This document shows positions 13,495 through 24,256 of a DNA stretch of 64,000 bases, piece by piece; within the stretch, counting starts at the first letter, position 1; every line of letters begins with the position of its first letter. Below the pieces are notes generated by a model. The model did not search any database. It had not been told where the DNA came from and was given only the letters and a program-made list of their open reading frames with translations. This stretch comes from Candidatus Eiseniibacteriota bacterium (GTDB taxonomy: Bacteria > Eisenbacteria > RBG-16-71-46 > CAVPCR01), in contig CAWGMA010000004.1 in NCBI GenBank assembly GCA_963823555.1, positions 640,001 through 704,000 on the forward strand. The letters run 5' to 3'. The position numbers were made by a program, and so were the translations under genes.

Positions 13495-15537
13495 CTACAT
13501 ATAGTAATCGAAATCGCGTTCAGTACGCAAGCGCCTTCGCAGCTTGAAGATCTGCGCCGGCATCACATGTGGATTGATCTCCACATAGTTGCGCGGTCCA
13601 TGCCACAAGTAGCGGGCCTCGCTGAGCAGATCGTGGACCTGATAGGGGTGACGTTCCGTGATGGCGAGATCCTCGATCGGGAGCTCGAGCCAGCCGGAGT
13701 GCGTGTGATGGGGATCAAGGTTGACGACCGTGAGGATGACGCTGGATAGATCGTCGCTGCTCTTGCTGTAGGCGATCAGCTGATCATTGTCGATAGGATG
13801 GAATCGCAGATTGCGATTGCTGTGCAGGGCGACGTTCTCGCGGCGGATGTGATTGATCCGGCCGATCAAGTGCCGGAGGCTCTCGGGGTGATCGAGGTCC
13901 CAGCGGCGGATCTCGTACTTCTCCGAGTTGAGGTACTCCTCGCGCCCCGGCTCGAGCGGCGTGTTCTCGAGAAGCTCATAGGCGGGGCCATAGATGCCGT
14001 AGCTGGCACCCAGGGTGGCGGCGAGGACGACGCGAGCGAGGAAGGCGGCCTGACCCCCGGCCTGGAGGTACTCGGTCAGGATGTCGGGGGTGTTGGGCCA
14101 GAGATTCGGCCGGAAGTACTCGCTCACCTCGCTGCGCGTGAGTTCCGTCAGGTACTCGCGGATCTCCCAGGATGTGTTGCGCCAGGCGTAGTAGGTGTAG
14201 GACTGGCTGAACCCGAGCTTGGCGAGGCGATACATCACCTTGGGGCGAGTGAAAGCCTCCGAGAGAAAGATGATCTCGGGATGTCGTTCTTTCACCGTCG
14301 AGATCAGCCATTCCCAGAAGGCATAGGGCTTGGTATGCGGGTTGTCGACGCGGAACACGCGCACGCCCTGCTCGATCCAGAAGAAGACGATGCTGGCGAG
14401 CTCGACCCAGAGCTCGCGCCACCTCTCGCACTCGAAGTCGAGGGGGTAGATGTCCTCGTACTTCTTGGGAGGATTCTCCGCGTACTGGATCGAGCCATCT
14501 GGACGATGCCGGAACCACTCCGGGTGTTCCTTGACGTAGGGATGATCCGGCGAGCACTGGAGGGCGAAGTCGAGGGCGATCTCGATGCCCCGGTCGCGGG
14601 CTGCGGTCACCAGCTCGCGGAAGTTGGCCAGCGTCCCGAGCGCCGGGTGCACGGCCTTGTGTCCGCCCTCGGGACCGCCGATCGCCCAGGGACTGCCGAC
14701 ATCGTCCGGCCCTGCCACCGGGGTGTTATTGCGGCCCTTCCGCAGCGTGCGCCCGATGGGATGAATCGGTGGCAGATAGAGAATGTCGAATCCCATCTCG
14801 GCCACGAGCGGCAGCTGGGCCGTGACATCGGCGAACGTGCCATGGCGATCGATTCCGAGCGGCGTCGAGCGCGGGAACATCTCGTACCAGGCGCCCACCC
14901 GGGCCCGCTCGGGATCGACGACCACTTCGAGCACGCGCTCGTAGCTGGCGGCATGACGGCGGTCGGGAAAGGCGCTCAAGAGGTGCATGAGCTCGGGCGC
15001 GAGGGCGAGCTCGGCGCCGTCGGGCCTCTGGCTTCCGGATTTCACCCGCTCCGCCCATTCCCGAATCCGCGCCGCATCGCTGGTGCCCGCCCGAGCGCTC
15101 GCCGCGGCGATCAGCTCGGTGCCGGCCAGGAGCTCGAGCGCGACATCCTGGCCGGCTTCGTGCTTCTTCTCGAGCTGGCGCCGCCAGGTGAGGAAGGGAT
15201 CGACCCAGGCCGTGATCGTGTACTGGTAGCGACCGAGCTCCGCGACCTTGAAGCCCCCCCGCCAGCGGTCGTTGACCAGCGGCTCCATCGTCGACTCGCG
15301 CCAGTCCCTGGCTCCGGCGTGCCGATAGCGGACGATGGCACAAAGGACATCGTGACCATCGGCATGGATGTCGGCGGTGACCTCGACCTCCTCCCCGACG
15401 ACGCGTTTCACCGGGAAGCGGCCAGCGTCGATCTCGGGCTTGACGCCTTCGATGGTGATTCGCGATGGTAGCTCGCCGGGGAGCTCGGAATGGATGGCGC
15501 GAGCGAGCGCGGTTCCTGGCGACGGGTCGTGGGTCAC
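13495..15537 (-). CDS. glgE: Alpha-1,4-glucan:maltose-1-phosphate maltosyltransferase
   Basis: AWYEMFPRS, YLPPIHPIG, GSPWAIG, YAENPPKKYEDIYP, FRVDNPHTKP, LSEAFTRP, NSEKYEIR. Confidence 0.95.
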   Translation of the reverse strand: MTHDPSPGTALARAIHSELPGELPSRITIEGVKPEIDAGRFPVKRVVGEEVEVTADIHADGHDVLCAIVRYRHAGARDWRESTMEPLVNDRWRGGFKVAELGRYQYTITAWVDPFLTWRRQLEKKHEAGQDVALELLAGTELIAAASARAGTSDAARIREWAERVKSGSQRPDGAELALAPELMHLLSAFPDRRHAASYERVLEVVVDPERARVGAWYEMFPRSTPLGIDRHGTFADVTAQLPLVAEMGFDILYLPPIHPIGRTLRKGRNNTPVAGPDDVGSPWAIGGPEGGHKAVHPALGTLANFRELVTAARDRGIEIALDFALQCSPDHPYVKEHPEWFRHRPDGSIQYAENPPKKYEDIYPLDFECERWRELWVELASIVFFWIEQGVRVFRVDNPHTKPYAFWEWLISTVKERHPEIIFLSEAFTRPKVMYRLAKLGFSQSYTYYAWRNTSWEIREYLTELTRSEVSEYFRPNLWPNTPDILTEYLQAGGQAAFLARVVLAATLGASYGIYGPAYELLENTPLEPGREEYLNSEKYEIRRWDLDHPESLRHLIGRINHIRRENVALHSNRNLRFHPIDNDQLIAYSKSSDDLSSVILTVVNLDPHHTHSGWLELPIEDLAITERHPYQVHDLLSEARYLWHGPRNYVEINPHVMPAQIFKLRRRLRTERDFDYYM

Positions 15538-15667
15538 GAGAGCCTATCCTCCTTGCGGGTGCCACGAGGGGACAGGCATATCCCCCGTGGGCGCGGCGAT
15601 TCTCGCAAGCCCGGAGCTGGGGATCAAGCCGTGAAAGCACGCTCTCTCAGCGCACGGGATGCAACGC

Positions 15668-15698
15668 AAAGGGCGACCACTCGATGAGTGGTCGCCCT
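15668..15698 (-). terminator. Probable intrinsic terminator after the large surface-protein gene
   Basis: Perfect 13-bp stem AGGGCGACCACTC-gat-GAGTGGTCGCCCT at 15670-15698, followed by a short T run on the minus strand, ~24 bp after the stop at 15722. Confidence 0.65.
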
Positions 15699-15721
15699 CT
15701 GGACCGCCTCCTTCGATCGAC

Positions 15722-18700
15722 TCAGCGCAGGAGCAGCGTGCGCTTGGTGTCGACGATGCCCGGAGCTTCGAGCCGCATGAAATAGGTCCCGGCTGCCGCC
15801 CTCCCGCCCGTTTCGCTCTGGCCGTCCCAGGCGATCTCGTAGGCGCCGATCCCCTGCTCCTCCTCGACCAATCGGCGGACCAGGCGCCCCTGGACGTCGT
15901 AGATGCGGAGCCGTACCTGGCCAGGCGTGGCGAGCTCGTAACGAACGCTTGTCGAGGCCCGGAACGGATTGGGGAACGAGCCCATGAGCTGTGTGACCTC
16001 GGGCGCGGCCAGTGGTGACTCCGCGCGCAGAAGCGCCAGCTCGCCTCCTGCCGGCGCAATCGGGGTGGCGAGCGTGATCTCGAGCGTCGGGCGGAGAGCC
16101 GAGTTCGAGTGCTCGGAGGCGTAGAACCGGCGCTCGGAATCGAGCGCCGTCTGGACCGGGCCGATCCAGAGGCCGTTGTTGTTCCAGTTGCCCGCGACCC
16201 ACTGCTGCACGGCGGTCGTGACATCCCACTCGACCCAGGCGCCGCTCGAGTGGATCGTGGTCACGGCGAGCGGGGTCGCGGTGCGGTCGAAGTTGGGATC
16301 GTTGTTCACCGCACCATCGCTGGCCGCCGAGGCTCCGGGACCGGACCAGGGCTCGCTGGAATACCGCGCGTAGTTCCAGCACGAAGCGCCGACCTCGGTA
16401 CGCGGGCCCGATTGCGTCCCCTCCGCCCAGTCCTTGACCAGGCGATAGACCGCGAAATCCATGGCCGACGAGGTGACCGTCGAGAAGTTGTAGAGCTTGA
16501 GTCGTGCCGAGACCACCGCGGTTCCCGCCGGGATGCTTGCTAGATCGAAGCGCACGAGCCCCGGCTTGGGCGGCGTCGAACCCCGCTTGCCGATCCCCAC
16601 CTCGTAGCGCCCCCCCGCGTTCGAGTTCACGTTGGATCCCTCGAGGAGGTAGTTGTCATCGGTGCCGCTGTAGCCGTCGAGCCCCTCGCGGAGCACGATG
16701 GTGCCCCCGGCCTGGATGATGGAGGCCGTGGTGGTGGCTGGCTGGGAGTTGAGACCACCGTCGTTGACGACGAGCGTGACGGTGTAGCTCCCGGCGGCGG
16801 CGTAGGCGTGCGTGGGAGTGGCCCCGGTCGCGGTCGCGCCGTCGCCGAAGGTCCAGCTGTAGGTCAACGGTTGTCCCTCGGGATCGGAAGAGCCCGAGCC
16901 GTTGAAGGCGACCGGCTGGCCGGGCGTGCCCGTGTAGGGGCCGCCGGCGTCGGCGATCGGCGGCTGGTTGCCGGCGCCGATCGAGGCCGTGGTGGTGGCT
17001 GGCTGGGAGTTGAGACCACCGTCGTTGACGACGAGCGTGACGGTGTAGCTCCCGGCGGCGGCGTAGGCGTGCGTGGGAGTGGCCCCGGTCGCGGTCGCGC
17101 CGTCGCCGAAGGTCCAGCTGTAGGTCAACGGTTGTCCCTCGGGATCGGAAGAGCCCGAGCCGTTGAAGGCGACCGGCTGACCGGGCGTGCCTGTGTAGGG
17201 GCCGCCGGCGTCGGCGATCGGCGGCAGGTTCACCGGGCCGCCGTCGCCGATCGTCACCACGAGCTCGGGGCGCAGGTCGGGATTGCTCGCCTCGGAGGAG
17301 TAGAAGCCCCGCTCGGACTGCGTGGCGAGATCGACCGGCTGGATCAGGATGCCGTTGTTGTTCCAGCTGCCGGCGACCCATTGCTGCACCGCGGAAGTCA
17401 CGTTCCACTCGTACCAGCGACTGGCGCCGGCGATCGTCGTCACCGCCTCGGGCGTGGCCTTGCGATCGAAGCTGGGATCGTTGTTGGTGGCGGCGTCGCT
17501 CGCGGCGGATGCCCCCGCCCCCGACCAGGGCAGGATGCCCAGCTGGGCGCTCGACCAGCAGACGGCTCCGTTCTCGTTCCGGGGGCCCGATTGCGTCCCC
17601 TCGTTCCAGAGCTTGACCAGGCGATAGGCGCCGAACACGGTCGTGGCGGACGTGCTGCTATTGAAGTTGTACAGGCGGAGCGTCGCGCTCTGGATCGTGC
17701 TCCCGGCGGGGATGCTCGACAGGTCGAAGCGGAACACACCCGGCTGGGCCGGAGTGTTGTTGCGCTTGCCGATCCGGACCTCGTAGCGGCCGCCGGTGTT
17801 GGCGTCGACGCGGTTGGAGCTTCCGATCATGTAGGCGTCGTCGGTCCCGGTGTAGCCATTGAGGCCGTTCTTGAGGACGATGGTCGCGCCGCCGCCCCCG
17901 GCCGGTTGCACGTCGGCCGTGGTGGTGGCCGGTGCCGAGTTCTGGGCGCCGTCGTTCACGACGAGGGAGACGGTGTAGGTGCCGGCGCTCGAGTAGGCGT
18001 GGCTGGGGGTCGCCCCGGTCGCCGTCGCCCCATCACCGAAGTTCCAGGCATAGGTGAGAGGCTGGCCCTCGGGATCGGAAGAGCCCCTGCCGTCGAAGGC
18101 GATCGGCTGGCCGGCGGTGCCGCTGTAGGGTCCGCCGGCGACGGCGATGGGCGGCGCGTTGGTGCTCGTGACGGTGGCCGTGGTGGTGGCCGGTGCCGAG
18201 TTCTGGGCGCCGTCGTTCACGACGAGGGAGACGGTGTAGGTGCCGGCGCTCGAGTAGGCGTGGCTGGGGGTCGCCCCGGTCGCCGTCGCCCCATCACCGA
18301 AGTTCCAGGCATAGGTGAGAGGCTGGCCCTCGGGATCGGAAGAGCCCCTGCCGTCGAAGGCGATCGGCTGGCCGGCGGTGCCGCTGTAGGGTCCGCCGGC
18401 GACGGCGATGGGCGGCGCGTTGGTGCTCGTGACGGTGGCCGTGGTGGTGGCCGGTGCCGAGTTCTGGGCGCCGTCGTTCACGACGAGGGAGACGGTGTAG
18501 GTGCCGGCGCTCGAGTAGGCGTGGCTGGGGGTCGCCCCGGTCGCCGTCGCCCCATCACCGAAGTTCCAGGCATAGGTGAGAGGCTGGCCCTCGGGGTCGG
18601 ACGAGGCGGTGCCGTTGAACGCGATCGCCTCGCCGACACCCGCCGCATAGGGTCCGCCGGCGACGGCGATGGGCGGCAGGTTCCCCCCACCCCCACCCGT

Positions 18701-20533
18701 CGAGTAGGTGATGACGAGGGTCGGGCGCAAGGAGGAGTTGGAGGCCTCCGTCGCGTAGAAGCCTCGCCGCGTGTTGCCGGTCTCGTACACCGTGCGCAGG
18801 AGGATCCCGTCGTTCTGCCACTGGCCGCCATGCCAGTTGGTGACAGCCCGCGTGAGATCCCAGGTGTACCAGCGATTGGCGCCGGTGAGGGTCGTCACCG
18901 CCTCGGGAGTGGCGTAGCGGTCGAAGCTGGGATCGTTGTTCTGGGCGGAGTTGCTGGCCGCATCGGCTCCCGGCGCCGACCAGTCGAGCTCGTACAGGCG
19001 CGCAGCTCGCCAGCACGAGGCTCCGACCTCCTGGGACGGGCTCGAGCGCGTCCCTTCGCCCCAGCGCTTGGTCAAGCGATAGGCGGCGACCTCGGACGGG
19101 CTCGCGGAGTCGGTCGCGTGGTTGTAGAGCTCGAGCCGGGCGTCCGTGATGTTCGCGCCCGCGGGGATGCTCGACAGGTCGAACCGGATCAAGCTACGGC
19201 ATAGATCGGTCACCAGATCGACGGTGCCGCCGTGGAGCCCGACCTCGAAGGTCCCGCTGTTGCCCTTGTTGTCCAGGTTGCGGAGGTCGATCATCGAATT
19301 GTCTTCGGCGCCCGAGTAGCCGTTCACACCCTGGCGAAGTGTGACGGTGACCGTGGGCGAGCCGTCGGTCGTGGCGCTCGCGACATTCGAGATCGCCGCG
19401 CGATTGCCGCCGTCATCGACGACCTTGACCGCGAAGTAGTACGTGGTGCCGGGGAGGAGTCCGGCCACCTGCATGGTCTCGCCCGCGCCGAAGGGGGCCG
19501 GCGCCGGCTCGTTCTCGACCTGCATCGCGAGGCCGAAGTTCGCGGCGTTGATTGGTTGCTGCGACATGCGGAGGTCGTAGCGCGCCGCGCGGCCGGTGAT
19601 GCCGTCATCCCCGCTGGCGGTGAAGGTGAGGGTGATGGTCGTCTGGCCGGCGCTGGCGATCGACAGGTCGTCGACGTAGAGCGGGGGCGAGGTGTCTCCG
19701 GCGGCCTGGCTGATGGCCGTTCCGTAGACCTGCGCCATCTCGGCATAGCCGGTCGAGTTGGGGTGCAGCGAGTCCGACATCCAGTCGCCGGGCCCGAACG
19801 TGAACAGAGCGGGGTTGGCGATGAAACGCGAATAGTGGTCGGCGAGCGCAACGCGGACGGGCGTGCCGGTCACCGTGCCCTCGGCGAAATCCTCGGACAT
19901 GGCGATGAGGGCGCTGTTGAAGGCCTCGACGTCCGCGGTCCGGTTCCGCATGGGAATGACGAGCGAGAGGACGAAGTGATGGAGCTGGTTGCTCTGCGTA
20001 CCGTCCTGCCAACGCAGGAGATAGCGCAGGAACTCGGCGATCTCCGCCGATTGCGTGTTGTTGAGGGTGACGCCGTGATTGTCGGAATACTGCCCGTAGG
20101 GTCCGCTCTGGCTGTTGAGATCGTTGGTGCCGAGGTGGACCGCGACCAGGTTCGGCGTCGCGGGAGGGCCGAGATCGGGTGTCGTGTCGAAGGTGCCGGT
20201 GCCGCCGAAGGCGGGCGGATAGAACTCGTCGATCCTCCGGCCACCCTGGAAGTGCCCCTGCAAGGGAGCCGATCCCGAGGAGCCGACGAAGTTGAACGTG
20301 TTCTGCGGGTCCCCGGCGAGAATCGCCCGGAGATCGTCGCGGAAGCCGGGCGGGGCCGGATAGCCTTCCGTGATCGAGTCGCCGCAGAGCAGCATGTTCA
20401 CGGTCGTCACCGCCGCTTGCGGAAAGGCGGTGCCGTCGTCGATCACGACCTCCTCGGGTGGCTTGGCGAGAGCGAGCGAGGGGATGGCGAAGGCCAGAAC
20501 CGTGAGCAGGAGAGCAGCCTGGTGCTTGTTCAT
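15722..20533 (-). CDS. Large secreted protein: SGNH/GDSL hydrolase + FN3 + 3 DNRLRE-like domains + 5 PKD domains + FlgD-Ig tail
   Basis: Signal peptide MNKHQAALLLTVLAFAIPSLALA. SGNH blocks GDSIT, HLGTND, DSLHPN. FN3 LLPGTTYYFAVK. Three xRFDLxSIPAG...AxLxLY domains. PKD motif YxWxFGDG...HAY. Tail PNPF...IYDVQGRLVR...WDG...GTYF. Confidence 0.85.
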   Translation of the reverse strand: MNKHQAALLLTVLAFAIPSLALAKPPEEVVIDDGTAFPQAAVTTVNMLLCGDSITEGYPAPPGFRDDLRAILAGDPQNTFNFVGSSGSAPLQGHFQGGRRIDEFYPPAFGGTGTFDTTPDLGPPATPNLVAVHLGTNDLNSQSGPYGQYSDNHGVTLNNTQSAEIAEFLRYLLRWQDGTQSNQLHHFVLSLVIPMRNRTADVEAFNSALIAMSEDFAEGTVTGTPVRVALADHYSRFIANPALFTFGPGDWMSDSLHPNSTGYAEMAQVYGTAISQAAGDTSPPLYVDDLSIASAGQTTITLTFTASGDDGITGRAARYDLRMSQQPINAANFGLAMQVENEPAPAPFGAGETMQVAGLLPGTTYYFAVKVVDDGGNRAAISNVASATTDGSPTVTVTLRQGVNGYSGAEDNSMIDLRNLDNKGNSGTFEVGLHGGTVDLVTDLCRSLIRFDLSSIPAGANITDARLELYNHATDSASPSEVAAYRLTKRWGEGTRSSPSQEVGASCWRAARLYELDWSAPGADAASNSAQNNDPSFDRYATPEAVTTLTGANRWYTWDLTRAVTNWHGGQWQNDGILLRTVYETGNTRRGFYATEASNSSLRPTLVITYSTGGGGGNLPPIAVAGGPYAAGVGEAIAFNGTASSDPEGQPLTYAWNFGDGATATGATPSHAYSSAGTYTVSLVVNDGAQNSAPATTTATVTSTNAPPIAVAGGPYSGTAGQPIAFDGRGSSDPEGQPLTYAWNFGDGATATGATPSHAYSSAGTYTVSLVVNDGAQNSAPATTTATVTSTNAPPIAVAGGPYSGTAGQPIAFDGRGSSDPEGQPLTYAWNFGDGATATGATPSHAYSSAGTYTVSLVVNDGAQNSAPATTTADVQPAGGGGATIVLKNGLNGYTGTDDAYMIGSSNRVDANTGGRYEVRIGKRNNTPAQPGVFRFDLSSIPAGSTIQSATLRLYNFNSSTSATTVFGAYRLVKLWNEGTQSGPRNENGAVCWSSAQLGILPWSGAGASAASDAATNNDPSFDRKATPEAVTTIAGASRWYEWNVTSAVQQWVAGSWNNNGILIQPVDLATQSERGFYSSEASNPDLRPELVVTIGDGGPVNLPPIADAGGPYTGTPGQPVAFNGSGSSDPEGQPLTYSWTFGDGATATGATPTHAYAAAGSYTVTLVVNDGGLNSQPATTTASIGAGNQPPIADAGGPYTGTPGQPVAFNGSGSSDPEGQPLTYSWTFGDGATATGATPTHAYAAAGSYTVTLVVNDGGLNSQPATTTASIIQAGGTIVLREGLDGYSGTDDNYLLEGSNVNSNAGGRYEVGIGKRGSTPPKPGLVRFDLASIPAGTAVVSARLKLYNFSTVTSSAMDFAVYRLVKDWAEGTQSGPRTEVGASCWNYARYSSEPWSGPGASAASDGAVNNDPNFDRTATPLAVTTIHSSGAWVEWDVTTAVQQWVAGNWNNNGLWIGPVQTALDSERRFYASEHSNSALRPTLEITLATPIAPAGGELALLRAESPLAAPEVTQLMGSFPNPFRASTSVRYELATPGQVRLRIYDVQGRLVRRLVEEEQGIGAYEIAWDGQSETGGRAAAGTYFMRLEAPGIVDTKRTLLLR
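16722..17225. repeat. Two near-identical 261-bp tandem units (PKD domains)
   Basis: GAGGCCGTGGTGGTGGCTGGCTGGGAGTTG starts at 16722 and at 16983 (spacing 261). Confidence 0.9.
17915..18676. repeat. Three 261-bp tandem units (PKD domains); two look identical, the third diverges in part
   Basis: GGCCGTGGTGGTGGCCGGTGCCGAGTTCTGG starts at 17915, 18176 and 18437. Confidence 0.9.
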
Positions 20534-20923
20534 CGCTGTCTTTTCTTGGCGCTCGGATCGAGGAGCAAGTGGGAAAGGGGCGAGCTCGAGCGTTGGCGTC
20601 GAGCGGAGACCTCGGGCGGACGGCACCCGATTTCAGTCATTGATGATAGCATGGCCGTGAACCGGAGGGATAGTCGACAAGCGCAGCCGGGATCGGAGCT
20701 TGGACCTCCAGAGCGCCCGCCCCCGGTCCGCGAGCATTGACAAGTGAGGTGCCGCACGTCGGGGTTGCACCAATCATCATTCCATTGTGTGAATCGAGAT
20801 GTCGTTGACGCAACCCAAGGTACGAGTGGGGCGTAGACTCCTTCTGTATACCGGGCGCGGAGTCTCCTTCGCGCCGGGGACGGACCCTTCCACCACCCAG
20901 CGGCCGCGGCCGGGGAGACGTTC

Positions 20924-21676
<753 letters not shown>

Positions 21677-21680
21677 CCCC

Positions 21681-22937
21681 ATGAGCCTGTTCAGCCGGGC
21701 GGACCCGCTCGACCTCGATACCTGGCAGGAGATCCTCGACACGGTCCGCAAGAACAAGCTCAGGACCTTCCTCACGGCCTTCAGCGTGGCCTGGGGCATC
21801 TTGATGCTCGTCGTGCTCCTGGGCTCCGGCCAGGGGCTCTCGCACGGCGTCGAGTACGGATTCCGCGATGACGCCACCAACTCGATCTGGATGCGCAGCG
21901 GTCAGACGAGCATGCCCTTCCGCGGACTCCGGCCGGGGCGCATGGTGCAGTTCACCAACCTGGACCATGAGACCATCAAGGAGCAGGTGCGGGGCGTGGA
22001 GCACATCACGTCCCGGTTCTTCATCCGTGGCAACCTGACCGTGGCCTACCGCAACGAGACCTCGAGCTTCAATGTGCGCTGCGTTCATCCCGATCACCAG
22101 TATCTCGAGAAGACCATCATCACCGAGGGCCGCTTCCTCAATCCGCTCGACCTGAAGGAATTCCGCAAGGTGGCGGTCATCGGTGATCGGGTCAAGACCC
22201 AGCTGTTCAAGGGCCGGCCAGCGCTCGGTGAGTACATCAAGGTCAACAGCATTCCGTTCCGCGTCGTGGGCGTGTTCGTGGACGAGGGGAGCGAGGGCGA
22301 GATGGAGACGATCTATCTTCCCATCACCACGGCCCAGCGCGCCTTCAACGGGGCCAATCGCGTGGCCATGATCATGATGACGGTGGGGGAGGCGACGCTC
22401 CCGGAGAGCCAGGCGATCGCCACCGAGCTCCGCAATCGCATCGCCGAGCGCCACGACTTCGACCCCGATGATCAGCGCGCCATCTTCATCGTCAATGCGG
22501 TCGAGGCCTTCCAGCGCTTCGTCAACCTGATGGGTGGGATCCGCATGTTCATCTGGGTGATCGGCGTGGGCACGCTGCTGGCCGGGGTGGTCGGCATCTC
22601 GAACATCATGATGATCGCGGTCAAGGAGCGCACCAAGGAGATCGGGATCCGCAAGGCGCTGGGAGCGACGCCGTGGTCTGTGATGAGTCTCGTGCTCAAG
22701 GAAGCGGTGCTGGTGACGGCGGTGGCCGGATACCTCGGCCTGGTGGCCGGGGTCCTCGTGCTCGAGCTCATGGCCCGCCAGATCACCGGGTCGGACTTCT
22801 TCCGCAATCCCGAGGTCGATCTCGGCATCGCTCTCTCGGCGACGGTGCTGCTGGTCGCGGCCGGGGCGATCGCCGGCTTCTTCCCGGCGCGGCGGGCGGC
22901 GGCGGTGCGCCCGGTCGAAGCGTTGCGTGACGAGTAG
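21681..22937 (+). CDS. ABC transporter permease (MacB/FtsX family)
   Basis: NKLRTFLTAFSVAWGI, periplasmic EGRFLN, GISNIMMIAVKERTKEIGIRKALGA, PARRAAAVRPVEALRDE. Confidence 0.9.
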   Translation: MSLFSRADPLDLDTWQEILDTVRKNKLRTFLTAFSVAWGILMLVVLLGSGQGLSHGVEYGFRDDATNSIWMRSGQTSMPFRGLRPGRMVQFTNLDHETIKEQVRGVEHITSRFFIRGNLTVAYRNETSSFNVRCVHPDHQYLEKTIITEGRFLNPLDLKEFRKVAVIGDRVKTQLFKGRPALGEYIKVNSIPFRVVGVFVDEGSEGEMETIYLPITTAQRAFNGANRVAMIMMTVGEATLPESQAIATELRNRIAERHDFDPDDQRAIFIVNAVEAFQRFVNLMGGIRMFIWVIGVGTLLAGVVGISNIMMIAVKERTKEIGIRKALGATPWSVMSLVLKEAVLVTAVAGYLGLVAGVLVLELMARQITGSDFFRNPEVDLGIALSATVLLVAAGAIAGFFPARRAAAVRPVEALRDE

Positions 22938-22949
22938 GAAGGGCGAGAG

Positions 22950-24218
22950 ATGCGCTTTCTGTTCGACCTCGATCACTGGCAGGAGATCAAGGTGGTGTTG
23001 TTGCGGAACCGCTTGCGCACCGGGCTCACCGCCTTCGGGGTCTTCTGGGGCATCTTCCTCCTCATGGTGATGCTGGGGACGGGAGCGGGGTTGAAGAACG
23101 GCGTCATGCGTGGCTTCGAGGGTGTGGCGACCAACAGCCTCTTCGTCTGGACCCAGCGCACCCAGAAGCCGTGGGCCGGCATGCCCGCCGGACGCTCGAT
23201 CGAGCTCGCCAACGCCGATGTGCAAGCGATTCGGGACAGGGTGCCCGAGGTGGCCGTGGTGGCGCCGCGCAACCAGCTGGGCGGCTACATGGGGGGAAAC
23301 AACGTCACCCGTAGGCAGAAGGCGGGGGCCTTCAGCGTCATGGGCGACTATCCCGAGATCCGCCAGGTCCAGTCGTTCCGGCTGGATGCCGGCCGCTTCC
23401 TCAATCCGCTCGATCTGGAGGAGCGGCGCAAGGTGGCCGTCATCGGCACGCGCGTCCGCGAGGTGCTCTTCGAGCAGGGCGAGGATCCGGTCGGGGATTC
23501 GATCGTCATCAACGGCGTCTACTTCCAGGTGGTCGGAGTGTTCCGCTCCGTGCAGTCAGGGGATGATGCCGACCGCGATGCGCAGACCATCTTCGTACCC
23601 TTCACGACCTTCCAGCGAGCATTCAACTACGGGGATCGGGTGGGCTGGCTCGCCATCATCTCGGATCCGGACGTGCCCGCATCTCGAGCCGAGGAGAAGG
23701 TGATCGCGCTTCTCAAGTCGCGCCACAAGGTGGCGCCGGACGATGTGCGGGCATTCGGCCACTTCAATCTGGAGGAGGAGTACCAGAAGATCCGGGGCCT
23801 GTTCTCCGGCATTCGCATCCTGGTGTGGATCGTCGGGATCGGCACGCTGGCCGCCGGAGCGATCGGTGTCTCGAACATCATGCTGATCATCGTCAAGGAA
23901 CGCACGAAGGAGATCGGCATCCGGCGTGCCGTGGGCGCCCGGCCGGTCGCCGTGGTCACCGAGATCGTGCTCGAGGCGGTGATCCTGACCGCGATCGCGG
24001 GCTATCTGGGGATGGTGGCCGGCATCGCCGTGATGGAGATCGTGGGTCAGCTCCTGCCTCCAGGGGACGGGACGCGGATGTTTGCCAACCCCGACGTGGG
24101 GGTGAAGGAGGCGCTGGAGGCGCTCGCGATTCTCATCGCCGCCGGGATCCTGGCCGGGCTGGTGCCGGCGCAGCGCGCCTTGCAGGTGAGCCCGATCGTC
24201 GCCCTGCGCAGCGAGTGA
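22950..24218 (+). CDS. ABC transporter permease (MacB/FtsX family), paralogue of the upstream permease
   Basis: NRLRTGLTAFGVFWGI, GVSNIMLIIVKERTKEIGIRRAVGA, PAQRALQVSPIVALRSE. Confidence 0.9.
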   Translation: MRFLFDLDHWQEIKVVLLRNRLRTGLTAFGVFWGIFLLMVMLGTGAGLKNGVMRGFEGVATNSLFVWTQRTQKPWAGMPAGRSIELANADVQAIRDRVPEVAVVAPRNQLGGYMGGNNVTRRQKAGAFSVMGDYPEIRQVQSFRLDAGRFLNPLDLEERRKVAVIGTRVREVLFEQGEDPVGDSIVINGVYFQVVGVFRSVQSGDDADRDAQTIFVPFTTFQRAFNYGDRVGWLAIISDPDVPASRAEEKVIALLKSRHKVAPDDVRAFGHFNLEEEYQKIRGLFSGIRILVWIVGIGTLAAGAIGVSNIMLIIVKERTKEIGIRRAVGARPVAVVTEIVLEAVILTAIAGYLGMVAGIAVMEIVGQLLPPGDGTRMFANPDVGVKEALEALAILIAAGILAGLVPAQRALQVSPIVALRSE

Positions 24219-24256
24219 GTGATGTTGTCGCATCGAACCGAGCTTTGGGGATCCAC

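Noticed and set aside
20760..20870. Riboswitch upstream of the ABC operon (GGGTTGC/GCAACCC and AGACTCC/GGAGTCT inverted repeats)
   Set aside because: Only 7-bp stems with no recognisable aptamer consensus; an Rfam/Infernal scan would be needed.
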